DNA of 64,000 nucleotides from Macrostomum hystrix (GCA_950097015.1 CATNEN010000025.1:186001-250000); one strand, 5' to 3'; counted from the first letter of the stretch, positions 48,812 through 61,585 are shown. A program made the numbers and translations. Notes: generated from the sequence alone by a model not told the origin.

Positions 48812-49878
48812 AGATTAATACCTTAGTACAAATTTATAACTGCACTACTTGCCTTATCATTACTTTGTAGCTACACTATTCTAGAATCCTAATCATTCTA
48901 TTCTTGAATTATTTGCACTCAATACAGGTAGCTTCTAGTGAAACAGCTTCTGAATCTGGTGATGCGTCCTCCACTGTGGCTTCAGCTGTTAACGCGATCT
49001 CTCCTCCAGATGCATCTTCAGGTGACGCCATCGCTGCTGCAGGTGCATCTTTTGGATACGCGATTTCTGCCGAAACTACAACTTCTAGTGAGGCGATCCC
49101 CCTGCAGCTACAAGTGAATGTGTATTGCTGGAAATGCCTGGAAGTATAGAATTCGTCGATGACGCGTCTCTACTGTACCATGCTGCTGTGACTACAAGCA
49201 ACCCGGTGGTATGGCTGCTTGACGAATTAGGTAATTCGGTCTGTGCTGTCATCTATGTTGACGAGTCAGGGACTCATCAGCAGGCAGGGAAGCTGCTTTA
49301 TGTTTCCCCGCGTCAAGTTTCTCCTTCAGTGCCTTCAACATCTTGTGACACTTACATGCTACCTGCACCTGCTGCTGAGGCTCACAGCGTCGACATCGAT
49401 GAGATCAGTGAGGAGTCTTCTGATGAGACAAAGCCGCAGGCTAAAATGTCTAAGAAGCAGAAGGGAAAAATACGTTAGTCCATTCCTTAAGAAGGGTGAG
49501 ACCACACCGCAGCATGGTATTGTTGGCTCGCGCTTAAGCCAGCACATTAGGGAGTCGCATGTTGACCTTTTGCAGAGAAATACCATTGCCGAGCTTGTCC
49601 TGAAGATCAAACAGCACACGTTAGAAGTGTTTCCGCCAGACGAATTTACGGCCCAGACTAAAGTCGCATGTCGCGAATATACCTGAAGCGTGGCCTCTTA
49701 CACCTAAAGCGGGCTCTCAGCCAGCACCCTCGAGTTCGCTCACAAAAGGCCTAAGGGCCAGACCTGTGCAGAGAAGAAGTTAAAGGCCTTCCAGGTGCTC
49801 AATGAAGCCATCGTTGAAGAAAATCTGCTCACGGAATTGCAGAAAGAAATTCTGGAGTATGAACCCTGTATAAAACGG

Positions 49879-50008
49879 AACGGTCACAAAAAGGGATTGT
49901 GACTGTCAATGTGACTGTTATGGTCACATGTTACCGTTGGTGGCCATTTTTGTGACCGTTCATCAAGGTCACTATGTGAGTGATCATTGTGGCCATTTTG
50001 TGACCGTT
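49879..50008. repeat. Small inverted-repeat element (13-bp TIR AACGGTCACAAAA)
   Basis: Perfect 13-bp inverted ends; internal GTGAC/GTCAC repeats; no clear TSD. Confidence 0.5.
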
Positions 50009-50099
50009 TTTTAAGAGTTAAGAGCGAGGCTTCCGGTGGGTTTGACGGCGAGGCTGCCGCCCAGTCTGACGCTGTACAATTGCAGGCCTTTTACAAACT

Positions 50100-51506
50100 G
50101 GCCGCATATCCTGCTTCAACAGTTTCCTATGCTGCTATTGGGACCATCGCACAGTGTCTGGCCTTTTCGTAAATTTTGTCAGGTCAGGATGTTGAGCGAC
50201 TGCTGGCGTACACAAAGGCCGTGCTTCCAGAGAATTCTGCTTTCCCAGTCTCGTCACATGCTGGACAAGTTACTAAACTTGACACCATATTCATACAGGC
50301 GATGTAGGCCTACAGTCTATTGTGTCAGCTGCGATCGTGAGGTGCCACTGCAGCGTCTTATCACTGTCCGAATTGCATCGCCAGTTTGCAATCACGAACA
50401 TCAGTGTAATATTTTTGGCGAATGGATATTGGCACTCAAATTAGACAGATGATTGAAGAATGCCACCTTCTGGACCATGTGGTATACCCATTCAATCAGC
50501 CCGCCCAAGTGGGACGCCTCTACATGGGTAGTTCGACTGCCTATGCGGCATTTAAAAGGATTGTTCCAGCTGGTTCGCGAAACGACCTTACCTACTAAAT
50601 CTGTATCGACGGCTTCCCATTGTTTAAACGAGCCGTTATGGAAATGTGCCCTGTATACCTGAGCCTCAAGGAAGTACCGGACAACATGAAGAGTCAGTAT
50701 GTTGTTGTGGCTGGCTTCTGGTCTGCTAAGAAAAAATACGTTCAAATGCCTATTCGCCGTGGCTTGTGGAGCAGCTGAATGCGCTGCGGTCGGTAGGAAT
50801 TGAATTCAGCAAGGGTTCTGGTGTCGATGGCAACATGGGTGGAAGGATTCGACAACATCCGTTCATGCTTGTTTTGGATACTCCGCAACAAGCGGAAACT
50901 AAGTGCATGCGGCAGTTTAACGCCGATTATGGCTGTGACAACTGCTACACATTGCATTGCATCACATTGCACGACCCTGAGCGTGGAGGCAGTGCGAGAA
51001 TCTACCCGGAAGCACTGTCGGCGGAGGCAATACATGCGGCAGTGTCCGCCAATGTTACGCAGCCAACTGTTCGCAATCTGACAGACACTGTGATGCTAGC
51101 TACTACCAAACCAGTAGACTTAAAGGCTTCGACTACATCCAAGGATGTCCACCGTGTTTCCTGCACCAATTGCTTACCGGTTTTGTTAGACGCACAATGG
51201 ATCAGCTATTCTTTCCTGTTGGTAAGAAGCCCATGAGGGTAAGTCCCGCGCCGGATTTGTCCAGGCAAATCTCTGCTATTGATACCCGACTGGCTGCAAT
51301 TCACGTGCCAGCGTCGCATTAACGGGCGCCGCGTACGATGCACGAACTAGGGAACTATCGGGGGGCATGAACTCGAAGCGTGGCTATTGTGTCACGGGCC
51401 TATGGTGCTTGACGATGGTCTGCTCCCTGCCAATCATTATCAACACCTTATGCTGTTGTCATCTGCGGTTTTCTGGCTGTGCATGGATGGCGCACCCCAC
51501 ACGCAG
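50100..51506 (+). pseudogene. Degenerate CACTA/EnSpm-type transposase
   Basis: IDGFPLFK, PVYLSLKEVP, LDTPQQAETKCMRQFNADYGCDNC and ELEAWLLCHGP; many stops and frameshifts. Confidence 0.75.
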
Positions 51507-52133
51507 GTATTTTTGATGATATCTTTTGTACTTCTGCCATATGATTAATGATTAGTCTGAAATAGTCGAATGCGATGAAGCAGGATCCAGATATTTTTAA
51601 AGTATAGTTGTCAAGAAGCCTTACAACGCATAGATACTGCAGGAAAAACTGGATAGGGAGCTGTTAATAACGGAAGAAGTTACCAAGCTGCACAAGCTAA
51701 TTGGAACATTACTGGAAAAGGCAGCAGAGCTAATGACCACGGATTCAGAAAGCGAAACAATCACTTTGGCTTGTAGCGTCTCATCATGACCTTCCATCGT
51801 ACCGTACTTGCCATTCCAGAAAATTCGCCGTAAAAGTACAAATTGAGTTTTCGATATTTTTCCAGAAACTTCCACTCTAAGAACAAATGATCTGTAAAGC
51901 ACATCATCACTATAATAAAATATCATTCATGTAAATAACATAATCACGTGTTACAATATTAAAGTTAATTAAACTATATTGCACCAGTTTTGTTAACTCC
52001 TGCATTCTTCCAGAACTTTCCGGAAATGCATGTTTTAATCTATAAATATAGAACCCCCATCGACGCCATTTTCTTTAAGACTTCAAGCTCACGCTCTCAT
52101 TGACAATCAATAAAAAGAAAACCACCGCCTCGC

Positions 52134-52145
52134 TTTTTCCCAGTG
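52134..52145. mobile_element. Candidate CACTA terminus (TTTTTCCCAGTG, reverse complement CACTGGGAAAAA)
   Basis: Identical 12-mer at 56494-56505; CACTG-type end. Confidence 0.45.
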
Positions 52146-53509
52146 AAAATTGGTAAGTGGATTCCATATCGATTCCATATTGTAACATGGATTTTAAGAA
52201 ATGTCAGACATTGTGGTAATTTTATATAAAAATTGCATTATAGACTATAAAGATGCAAAAAAATAACCAATCGACTGTTATTACTGTATTTTTTCGACAA
52301 AAGAATTAATGGTGATTCTACATGGTCGCAATCTGCATGGAATACATGCAGAAGCAAATCACTAGATTCTAGATTAAAAAACAAGGATGGATAGGCTCTA
52401 CATATGTTTTTAAAAATGTATTAATACTTTTAGCTTAATTTATATGTAGATGCCTATATTATAAAATCCTAAATTATTCAAGACATAAGATGAATTTTCT
52501 AAAAAATAAAACAGCTTGTTAAAATGCCGCGAGTGTTTTGCTCAATGCAGAACAATCTCCAGTTTTTGAAGTGTAGTCACCTATATTTTTTTAATTATTA
52601 ACAGTCGTCATATTTCGGTGCATTGTTTAGGTCATGATATAGTATAGGGCATCAGCCGCATCATGTCTTTGCATCCACTTATAAAAATCTTACTAGGTTT
52701 AGCTTCTTGTTAAGTACAAAAACTATTTACTATTGTAAACTATATAGTTTTTTGGTTGATAGACAATTTTTCTATAGGCCTACTGTCCTGAATAGCTGTA
52801 TATACCGGTGTGCCTTAATATAATCAGTAGAAAACTGTTTAATCTTTTTTTTAATGGACATGAAATGCCAATGGAAATCAAATGCCTTAAGCTAAATCTA
52901 ATATCTAAGATACGAGCGCAGGAGGATTTATGTACGTCTAGCTAGGTCTAACTTTGGCCTGGCTATTTAGTCCAAAGGCTAATGTTTGACTTGACCCTAA
53001 TGATTTTGTCATACGCCTATTCTATTTCTAGAATTCTAGAATATTCCTTTAATTAGACAAGGCTACTACTTTTATATTGATAACCTTTTTGGGCCATAGC
53101 CATTGGGCAAAATTGCCCATTTCACTTGTGACTTGATAGCTAAGTAATAAACTTATAGGAATTGAAGCCTCTAAAGTCTAGGAAAATTTAATAATATTCG
53201 TATATTCATTTATAGGCTCGCACCGGCGGGACACAGCGCCTGTGAGGTATGAGTCAGACCAGGCCCACGGGCTAAGGTCTGCGATGCCTCACACCTGCAG
53301 TCGCTTTTTGAGCAGGCCTGGCAGGAAGGAGCCCTGTACCTTCGGGTGCAGGAATCCCTCCACGCTGTCCCGTCAGCTGCCCATGGGTACACGTCCCGCG
53401 AGTGTTTAAGGCTGACTCTAGGGCAGCCGGACAGAATGGGCAACAGCGCTGGATGACCCATCCAGGGCCTCCGGCCAAACTGGGTACCTCTAGCCCTGGC
53501 TGGAGGGAA

Positions 53510-53845
53510 AGGTGTCACCCTTTGACCTTAACAGGGTATGCAGCCAGTCCGCAGCGTTCGTGCACCTGTGCGTGATCAGGTACCTCTGGCTACGGCTCTG
53601 AGGGACAGGTGTCACCCTTTGACCTTAACAGGGTATGCGGCCAGTCCGCAGCGCTCGTGCACCTGTGCGTGATCAGGTACCTCTGGCTACGGCTCTGAGG
53701 GACAGGTGTCACCCTTTGATCTCAACAGGGTATGCGGCCAGTCCGCAGCGCTCGTGCACCTGTGCGTGATCAGGTACCTCTGGCTACGGCTCTGAGGGAC
53801 AGGTGTCACCCTTCGACCTCAACAGGGTACGCAGCCAGTCTGCGG
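53510..53845. repeat. 97-bp GC-rich tandem repeat (~3.4 copies)
   Basis: GGTGTCACCC anchors at 53511, 53608, 53705 and 53802. Confidence 0.9.
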
Positions 53846-53942
53846 GCCTGGCACTGCTTTAGGCAAGCTAATTGAAAATGATCATTCTGGTGTAGTTCAT
53901 GAAGACGGCCAAGCTACTAGTGGTCCCAGTGGGCTGGTCCCA

Positions 53943-55835
53943 TTGCAGATTTCTGCTGGAACAGAGAAAAATCGAGCCCTAGCAGAGTCCAATACAGCTG
54001 ATTTGTTTTCTGCCACCATTTCTGAAAAACCTGAGGCTATTGGTTCCAATGCCGACCAGGAACTGTCCAGCTGGGAATGTGACATAAGCGATGGAACGAG
54101 CTACTATTCCCCATCGGACAGATCGTCAAGCGAAGGCCTGTCTGAAAACATTTTAAGCCAGGAAGCCCCAAGCTCTTCTCTCGCAGAGGAGCTGTCGGAG
54201 TTTTTTATTACTTATAATATTTCTCGAGAAGCTATGCAGAACCTATTAGATATTTTGGTTCGTCATGGCCAGGACGTTCCTAAAACAGTTTTCAAATTGA
54301 AACGGCATGTTGCTAAGTACTCCTCTGAAATTATTCCTATGGGTAGCGGCGAGTATGCATACTTAACTATTGAAAGTAATCTCGAGTTTTGTCTTTCTAA
54401 CGGCATTTTAAACTTTTTGCCTAACTCTAATGAGCTTTCTATCGATATCAAAGTTAATATTGATGGTCCGCCTTTATTTAAAAGTTCGTCGTCATCTTTG
54501 TGGCCAATTTTAATTTCGTTTGGCTATTTCCATTGCCCGTACCCCGTTGCCTTGTATTATGGCGTTGGGAAACCAAACGTTGCAGACCTTTTGCGCGATT
54601 TTGTCCTTGAGGTAATCGATTTGCGTTCTAATGGTATCAGCTTCGAAGGGTGTGTTGTAAAGATAAACAGAATTATGTTTATTTGCGATGCCCCTGTGGG
54701 GGCTTACATTCAGTGCATTCTTGGCCACACTTCTAAGAAGGGCTGTGGCTATTGTCGAGCCCAAGGCGAGTATTGTATTGATCGCGTTGTTTTTCCCACT
54801 AAACTTGGTGAACCTCGAACTGATGAGGCGTATCCGCAAAACAAAGAAGATAATCAGAATGGCTTATCGCCTTTGTTACCTATTGCTAATCTTTATTCTG
54901 ATTTTCCTGTGGATGACCAGCATAACGTCTGCCTTGGTGTTTTTATGCGTTTTTGCAATTTTGTGTGTTCCAGGACTAAAGGAATGAAGTTTCCGGGTCG
55001 AATTTCACAACAAAGTCTGAAGTGTCTTTCGGATGAAATTTCGACAGTGCGATTATTTACGCCCTCTGAGTTTCAACGGAGAATCCGACGTCTTGATACT
55101 GAGCTGGTGCACTACAAGGCTACCGAATTTCGCTCATTGTTATTGTATTTCGGCCCTGCTCTTTTTGGCAAATATTTGTCTGAGCGGTATTATCACCAGT
55201 TCCTTCTGTTGCACTTTGCTTATTATGTTTTTTCCTCCACAAACTATTCACAACTTTACCAGCAGGCGCACCGATGTCTAGAGATTTTTGTGCAAAATGT
55301 ACCAATTGTATTCGATCGGCGCTGCGTGTCCTACAACATGCACCTGCTTTTGCATTTGTACGAATTTGTGCAACGCTTTGGACCACTTTCTAACTTTTCA
55401 GCTTTTCCATTTGAGAATTTTCTAGGTTCTTTGAAACGTCGTGTTAAGTGTAATCGCGGAATTTTAATGCATGTGATTAATCAACTTGCATCGCTCCGAG
55501 AATTATCTGTCACCTATCGTAAAAATCATGCTTCAGCTTTTAAACTTTCAGCTTTTTCTCCGAACAATTGTGCGATGATTGGCCAGACTCCTGTAATAGT
55601 TGATTCTTGCCATTCTGATGGATCCGTTTCTGGATACGAGTTAGTTTTTCGGCAAGACTTGTACAGCTACCCGTATCCCTCCCGTTCGCTTGGGATAGGC
55701 TATTTTGCCAAATCTCGGCGCCGATTGTCTGGCGTGCCTAAAAATAAGGCGATTTGCATCACTGTAAATTCTGATTACATTGTTCTTCCACTAGTCGAAA
55801 GTTTCTTTAGTAATCCTCCCGTAATACTATCGTAA
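53943..55835 (+). CDS. CACTA/EnSpm (CMC) superfamily transposase, uninterrupted 630-codon ORF
   Basis: NIDGPPLFKSSSSSLWPIL, FICDAP..AYI...GHTSKKGCGYC, DDQHNVCLG, YKATEFRSLLLY and YNMHLLLHL...GPL..FSAFPFENFLG; 5-prime end lacks a clear ATG. Confidence 0.88.
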   Translation: MQISAGTEKNRALAESNTADLFSATISEKPEAIGSNADQELSSWECDISDGTSYYSPSDRSSSEGLSENILSQEAPSSSLAEELSEFFITYNISREAMQNLLDILVRHGQDVPKTVFKLKRHVAKYSSEIIPMGSGEYAYLTIESNLEFCLSNGILNFLPNSNELSIDIKVNIDGPPLFKSSSSSLWPILISFGYFHCPYPVALYYGVGKPNVADLLRDFVLEVIDLRSNGISFEGCVVKINRIMFICDAPVGAYIQCILGHTSKKGCGYCRAQGEYCIDRVVFPTKLGEPRTDEAYPQNKEDNQNGLSPLLPIANLYSDFPVDDQHNVCLGVFMRFCNFVCSRTKGMKFPGRISQQSLKCLSDEISTVRLFTPSEFQRRIRRLDTELVHYKATEFRSLLLYFGPALFGKYLSERYYHQFLLLHFAYYVFSSTNYSQLYQQAHRCLEIFVQNVPIVFDRRCVSYNMHLLLHLYEFVQRFGPLSNFSAFPFENFLGSLKRRVKCNRGILMHVINQLASLRELSVTYRKNHASAFKLSAFSPNNCAMIGQTPVIVDSCHSDGSVSGYELVFRQDLYSYPYPSRSLGIGYFAKSRRRLSGVPKNKAICITVNSDYIVLPLVESFFSNPPVILS

Positions 55836-56324
55836 TCCGTGTTGCCGGATTCCCTGTCCCAGTTCTTGCAGATGCGACCTGCTCTTCAAAGCGTGCCGAA
55901 TTCCCTTCATGCAAATTTCTAATTTCTTCATGCAGATATTTTCTTTTCGTTATTTTTGCTTTTGGCGTGTATATTGTGTATTATGTGAAGTGTTCGATTT
56001 CGACAATTTGCACTGTTTTCTTTTTGTATTCATATTTTTTACTTAAAATACATTCTTCTAATTCATCGCATTCGTAATTCAGAGATAATTATAACTTTTA
56101 GAATTGCAAAGCGAAGCTCTTAACTGATAATATTTTTCAAAGTACTTACTAATTTAATATGGCTCTACATTATTGCTCGACGCCAACACGGTCCAACAGA
56201 GTTAAGATAGCGAGTTCTTGTCAGCAGTAACGACCGTAACTGTCGGGTGGCATTTAAAATCTATTGCGTGGTCATGAGGTTTAATATTGACTACGGCAGG
56301 AAAACGAGCGATTTTTTGGTGTTC

Positions 56325-56505
56325 CGCTCGCGGATAGCGGATAGCTAATTGACGCGAGGCTTGATATTGAGGATGGCGGAAATTGGGCGGATGATCGGCG
56401 GATTTTTGGCGTTTGCCGCTTGCGGATAGCTAGCGAATTGTGAGACAACCCACTGGCGGATAGCTAGAGATTTCCGCTAGCGGATCGCTAGCGTTTTTCC
56501 CAGTG
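56325..56505 (+). mobile_element. Candidate right end of the CACTA element with subterminal GCGGATAGC repeats
   Basis: Multiple GCGGATAGC(TAG) copies, then TTTTTCCCAGTG. Confidence 0.55.
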
Positions 56506-57277
56506 GGAAGTAGCATGCGCGCCGCCCGCTAGCCGCCATGCATCTATTAAGCTGCGTAGCATCTGTGCCGCCATCGAGCCGCTTGCTTTTTGCACATATA
56601 CTGTACGATATACTGTAGCAATTGTTACTTGCCCTGTAAGCCCTTTGGGCTACATGTGGTACTGACATACATTTACATGTATGTATTACGTATATCCCTA
56701 ATCTTAGCATGACATTGTGATTTAGCAAAGGGCATATTGGATAGTTAGAAAGTAATGAACATAAACAATGTGATCACAATAGTTTTAGGTACGTGGATTG
56801 CATTAAATATTGACTGAACCATTTAAATTCAATATTTTGCGTGCCATACAGCATTCGAGGTACAATGGTGCTTTTTATTGAAACTGCATTGGAACAAAAA
56901 ATTATACAAACACTGCAGAAGGGAGTGTGATGGGAAGAGGTCAGCGTTACCTCAGTTACCTCAGCTGATTCATATATCAGCTAACAAAATGACAGTAAAT
57001 ATATACACATAACAGCACTAACCTACCTACTTTGAAGGTCACAATAAGTAGTGTCTTGCTCTTACGAGTAATTAATTTTGGAATGTAGAAATACTAATTA
57101 ATCAGGATTACAGTCAAAACCTTATGATTCGATTTTAAACCCTCTTCAAATTCAAAAGTTTAGACACTGATTGTTGTGACCTTCACATTGAGAACGATCG
57201 TGGTCGGCAAATACTCCACCACGGAACGCGACAGTTTGATGAATATTAGAACAAAAAAGGCCAATTCAATGGTAAAA

Positions 57278-57718
57278 TCAAAGCGGAAAAATGACATACT
57301 CTGTCTCCTTAGGAAATGCGATTGCCTTTCCCTGCGGAACACCCGTAATTCTGGACCGCGAAAGTGCGTACACACCGATATTAAGGAGACGATAGCTGTA
57401 AGGATAATCACACAAGTCGCGTTGAAATACAAGAGATGTTCCAGTAACAGTCCCATTATCATAAATGGAGTCAATAAAAATGTAGGTGCCATTCACAATA
57501 GCACAGTTGTCAGGTGAAGAAGTCTTATAGGAAAACTTGGTACATTCGGGCTTATCCGCATCCAATTCTCTCAGTGCCACAGCTTGCCTACTGACATGAC
57601 TAAAAATTCCTCGAACTTGCCTGATACGTCGCTTCAGTCTTCCTAAGTAATTCTCAAAACAAAAAGTCGAAAACTTGTCCAGGGGGCCGTAACGCCTGAC
57701 ATAATCAAAAATATGCAA
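57278..57718 (-). pseudogene. C-terminal fragment of a paralogous CACTA transposase
   Basis: YGPLDKFSTFCFENYLGRLKRR and LVFQRDL..YPY...L.IG.....R.I.GVP..KAI align with the C terminus of 53943-55835. Confidence 0.8.
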
Positions 57719-58037
57719 TCTTTAAATTGTAGCATTACTTGTGGGGATGGTGGTACCATGCTGAAAAATAGACGTAAGGTCAAGATATAACAAAATAAAC
57801 AAGAAAAAACATTATTAAAGAACATTTAATAAAGATCATATACATACTTGTAGGCCCTAAAAATTCATAAATTGTAGTCCACTTATAGTCAATTTATTAA
57901 CTAAAGTGAAATAAGCTATAATTGCCTATGATAAAAACCTAATTTATATAATTTAATTTGGCAATTTTGTACATTTTTCCAAAAATTTCAATTTTAATCT
58001 TCTTTTTTACATACATTCATTCATTAGCCATATTTAT

Positions 58038-58777
58038 TGTTGTGCCGTGGTGTACTTTCACTGCTTAGCGATCTCAGGCTTGCAGTTGATTGGCGCACTG
58101 GGCACTGTACTTTCCCTCCTCGGCTGTTTATGCTCCACTCACCCCAGTCTGTCGGGGCTCGCTGGCTTGGCTAGCTGCCCCACCCCTCTCAACGCGTCCC
58201 CCCAGCCTGTTATCGCCCCACCCTCCCGCTTGCGTGACTACCTTTAAAACCCCAAGTGTTACCATGCTCGCGCAGCTGCTGATTGGTCCGGGCCGCCTCT
58301 CTCGCGCGCCGGCCAATCAGCAGCCTTCTCGCTGTTATCTTCTAAACTGGTTGTGTGGGTGGCCGGGTGGGCCCGGGGTAGCGATACCCGCGGCTTAGCC
58401 CAGCCAGCCTAAAATATATATTGGAGTGGCGCCGGTGAGGGGCTCCTTCGACCGTTTGCTCAAACCTAACCCTCCAACTGAATCTAAGACTAATTAAGAT
58501 TGTACCTTAAGGTAGTACCGACCGAGTCCCCCATCGGCGACCACCGCACAGTTAAAGTTGCAGTCTAAGAAACTGTTAAGTGAGTAACTTTGGTCTTTTT
58601 GTCACTCATTTGCGGGTCTGGCTGGGACTGAACTGCGCCATAGGGACGGACTGATCAAGTCTCCTGACGCGACCCCACGCTCGGATTCCGAAGTCAGTCC
58701 GACCAGCGGGCTGACGCCACCCTCGTGCTCGCTAACTGGAAGACAGGATCAGAAGGAGATCCGGCTTTGTCACAACA
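58038..58777 (+). mobile_element. Solo LTR (740 bp, probably Gypsy-type)
   Basis: TGTTGTG...CACAACA 7-bp inverted termini; 4-bp TSD TTAT on both sides; inverted CCAAT pair and TATA-like AAATATATA inside. Confidence 0.85.
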
Positions 58778-61585
58778 TTATATATAAATATCTATTAAAA
58801 GAAATAATGAATATAAATGACAAGATATTTCAATTCCCTTTTTCAATGACATACTTTAGTCATTTATCCAATAATTTGCGAAATAATATATGGTTGTGGA
58901 AGCAATTAGGCCCTAACAATAAAATAAACCTTTAAAAAACTTCATAGACCAATGATTGATCGATGACATTGTGAGTTTGTAAAATCTAATATGCAATCTA
59001 ATAATAAAATAAAATCTAAAATCTAAATCTAATAATACCATTGCTATCACTATCCTACACTCCCTAAACAAAAGTATTCAGGCCGTGCCCTTGATTGCCC
59101 ACTATCTTGTTTAATATTTGACTCTCAATGCTTATCCAATAACCTCATGAAAGCTTTACTACTTGCAAGTACAAGCTGATGTTGTAGTTTAAGGTTTGTA
59201 TAATCATAACTATTCACACATAGTAGACACAGAGAGGTAGAATAGATCAGATAGAGTTTTAAATTTTATCAGTCAGAGATTATGTAATATAGTACATTTA
59301 ATGAGCTGCATAGCACATAGCAGGGTTAGTAGCATTGAAAGTCAGTTGCTTGACTGTGGAGTGTGGAGCATGGGATTGGAGATCGAATCTCCTACTCCTA
59401 TCTATGATTGGAATTGTAATGCAGCTTAAAAAGCTGGATGTTATAATTCATATGCTAGTCTTAGTCTTAGTGTCTCAGTGTCCAACTGACCAACAATTTG
59501 CCACTGCCAGCTAACTAACGGCAATGTTCTGGTTCCGTTCGTTAACATTGCCGCAATAACTTATAAATGGCAGCAATATCAATGAAACTAAATAAAAACT
59601 GCAACGCGACAGTTACAGTAAAATCTATGACTCAGTCTTAAAGAGCCTAAAGCATGCCTGTTATATCTCTCTTGATTATGTATCTAACTGTTGTCGTCGC
59701 AACTCGCAGGCTCGCGCAGCATCGAAATGTCTGCTGGCAGCGTTTTTCGGTTCAAAAAATTGAGTCTATAAACGAGTAACTCTCCAGCAGCGAAGAATTT
59801 AATCTTGAAATACATAATAAGTGGCTCCGAAAAGAGACTAAAACTTTTATTATTCACCTTCACTATTTGCCGGCGCCAACTTTGTTTACCTCGTCACTGT
59901 CGGCAAAGATGCTACGTATTGCGCAAAGCCCGCCAAATGTGCGACGCGTAGCAGAAATGCCGAAAACTTATGAAAAAAATTATCTGTTATTTTTTTATTT
60001 TTTACAGCTTATGGTAATGTAAGACGTCGGAAATATGTTTCTAAATCGCACAGAACCAAAAAACGACAACATATGCACAGTAGCTTGTGAGCCGAAAAGT
60101 TTGCTACGATCGCGGGTGGGCCGCCAGCGAGCCGCCTGCGCCTTTCCCAGCGGGGAGCTAGTAGTACGCTTCAGCAAAGTGCGGAAAAGTATATTACGAG
60201 TTTTTGCGAGTTCAACACGTAACAAACTCGCAGTCCTATCGGTCATGTTTTAATGTGTTTTTCACGAGTCTCAGTTACCATTTTTTCACGTGAAAAACTC
60301 GTGATATCTCGTGATTTTGTCAAGCGGGCTGGCTTGAATCATTACAAGAATTTGACTTCAAAATTATCCACCGACCAGGTAGAATGCATATGAATGCTGA
60401 CGCTCCACCCGAATTGCGAAGAAATATATCACAATTGCAATTTTATTGTCGGAAATGACAACAAACATAAGATATAAGATATAGTATATATACATGCACA
60501 CTATAGCCTGTTTAAGTACGGCGCGTGTATTCTCAAGCATTAAAGTATTAAATTTGCCTGACTCTATCATTTTTTTAATGCATTCATGCTTCTTTTTATC
60601 AAGGTTTTTAGTTCAGGTGACATTAAATTAGAAAATATAATAATTTCGTGCTGCTCTTTTAATCATTGTATTTTCTCGTTGTCTATGCAATGTTGCCATA
60701 CCTAAACTTTCTCTTCATAGCAATAATGCTATAATTCTATTAACAGAGCAGTATTATAGCAGTAGTCCATATATGAAACTAATTTATCAGCCACTTCATT
60801 ATTCAATTTGACAAAAAAATCTAATTTGATTTACATGTATTGTCATTAAATAAGCGATTTCACTCAAAGCAATGCGATATATTTAATTCAAGTAATGCTA
60901 TGTATTTAGTTTAGCAATAGTAAGCTTCTTGCATAAAGAGTTAAATTTTATATTTATTTATCCGAGTGATGATTCCCAAATTATTTAAAATGCATTTCGC
61001 GTCCTTTTGGGCTTAATTGAAGTCCTCGTAGTCCATGGACTATATGGAGCTTGCTGACTTATCGTCCATTGTTTCTGTGCTGCAATCGAACTTTTGCAAA
61101 AAAAATTAATATTTTTCTGAATTCGCTAAAAAGTAGTTTAGCTACAATTCAGATATTTTTTAGTCTTTAATTATTCATTATTAGCACCGTCCTGCATTAG
61201 CTAATTTAGAATGGAAGCAATAATCCATGGCGTTGTGTTGTGTCTGCTGTGTGGTGGTGGCTATAACAGGGAAACAGGCCAAGTAATCGATCTATATTAA
61301 CTTATGTGACATTTTATGTGTCATTATGAATAATCACTCTTAAGAATTAACAATGATTCAAATATTACTGGGGTTTCACTTTAACTTAGACTAGGCCTAA
61401 GTATTTGGAAAGGGGCAAAGAAGGGAAGAAAAAGAAATGATTTCAGTTTATTGGCCCAATTTAACCAACGCTATAAGTATAAACATTGTTAGGCCAACAA
61501 TGTTACATTTACACCAATAACACATTAAGTTAAGTAACTTATCCAAGGGGAATGATTATGATCAAGGATAGGCCTATGCCAATAG

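Larger units (their letters stand above)
37043..49860 (+). pseudogene. Disrupted multi-exon gene with two N-terminal C2H2 zinc fingers (probable CACTA accessory gene), split by nested insertions
   Basis: CTVC...HIKYYH and CPVEQC...HAYRIH; frame resumes after the P-like insertion (QRVQ|YNDGNKFWNG); donor AAG|GTAAGT near 43908; acceptor CAATACAG| near 48928; stops and frameshifts. Confidence 0.6.

Noticed and set aside
53510-53845. Hammerhead ribozyme or retrozyme
   Set aside because: The CUGANGA and GAAA core is not found on either strand
59320-59400. tRNA or tRNA-derived SINE head (GATCGAATC B-box-like)
   Set aside because: No convincing cloverleaf or A box
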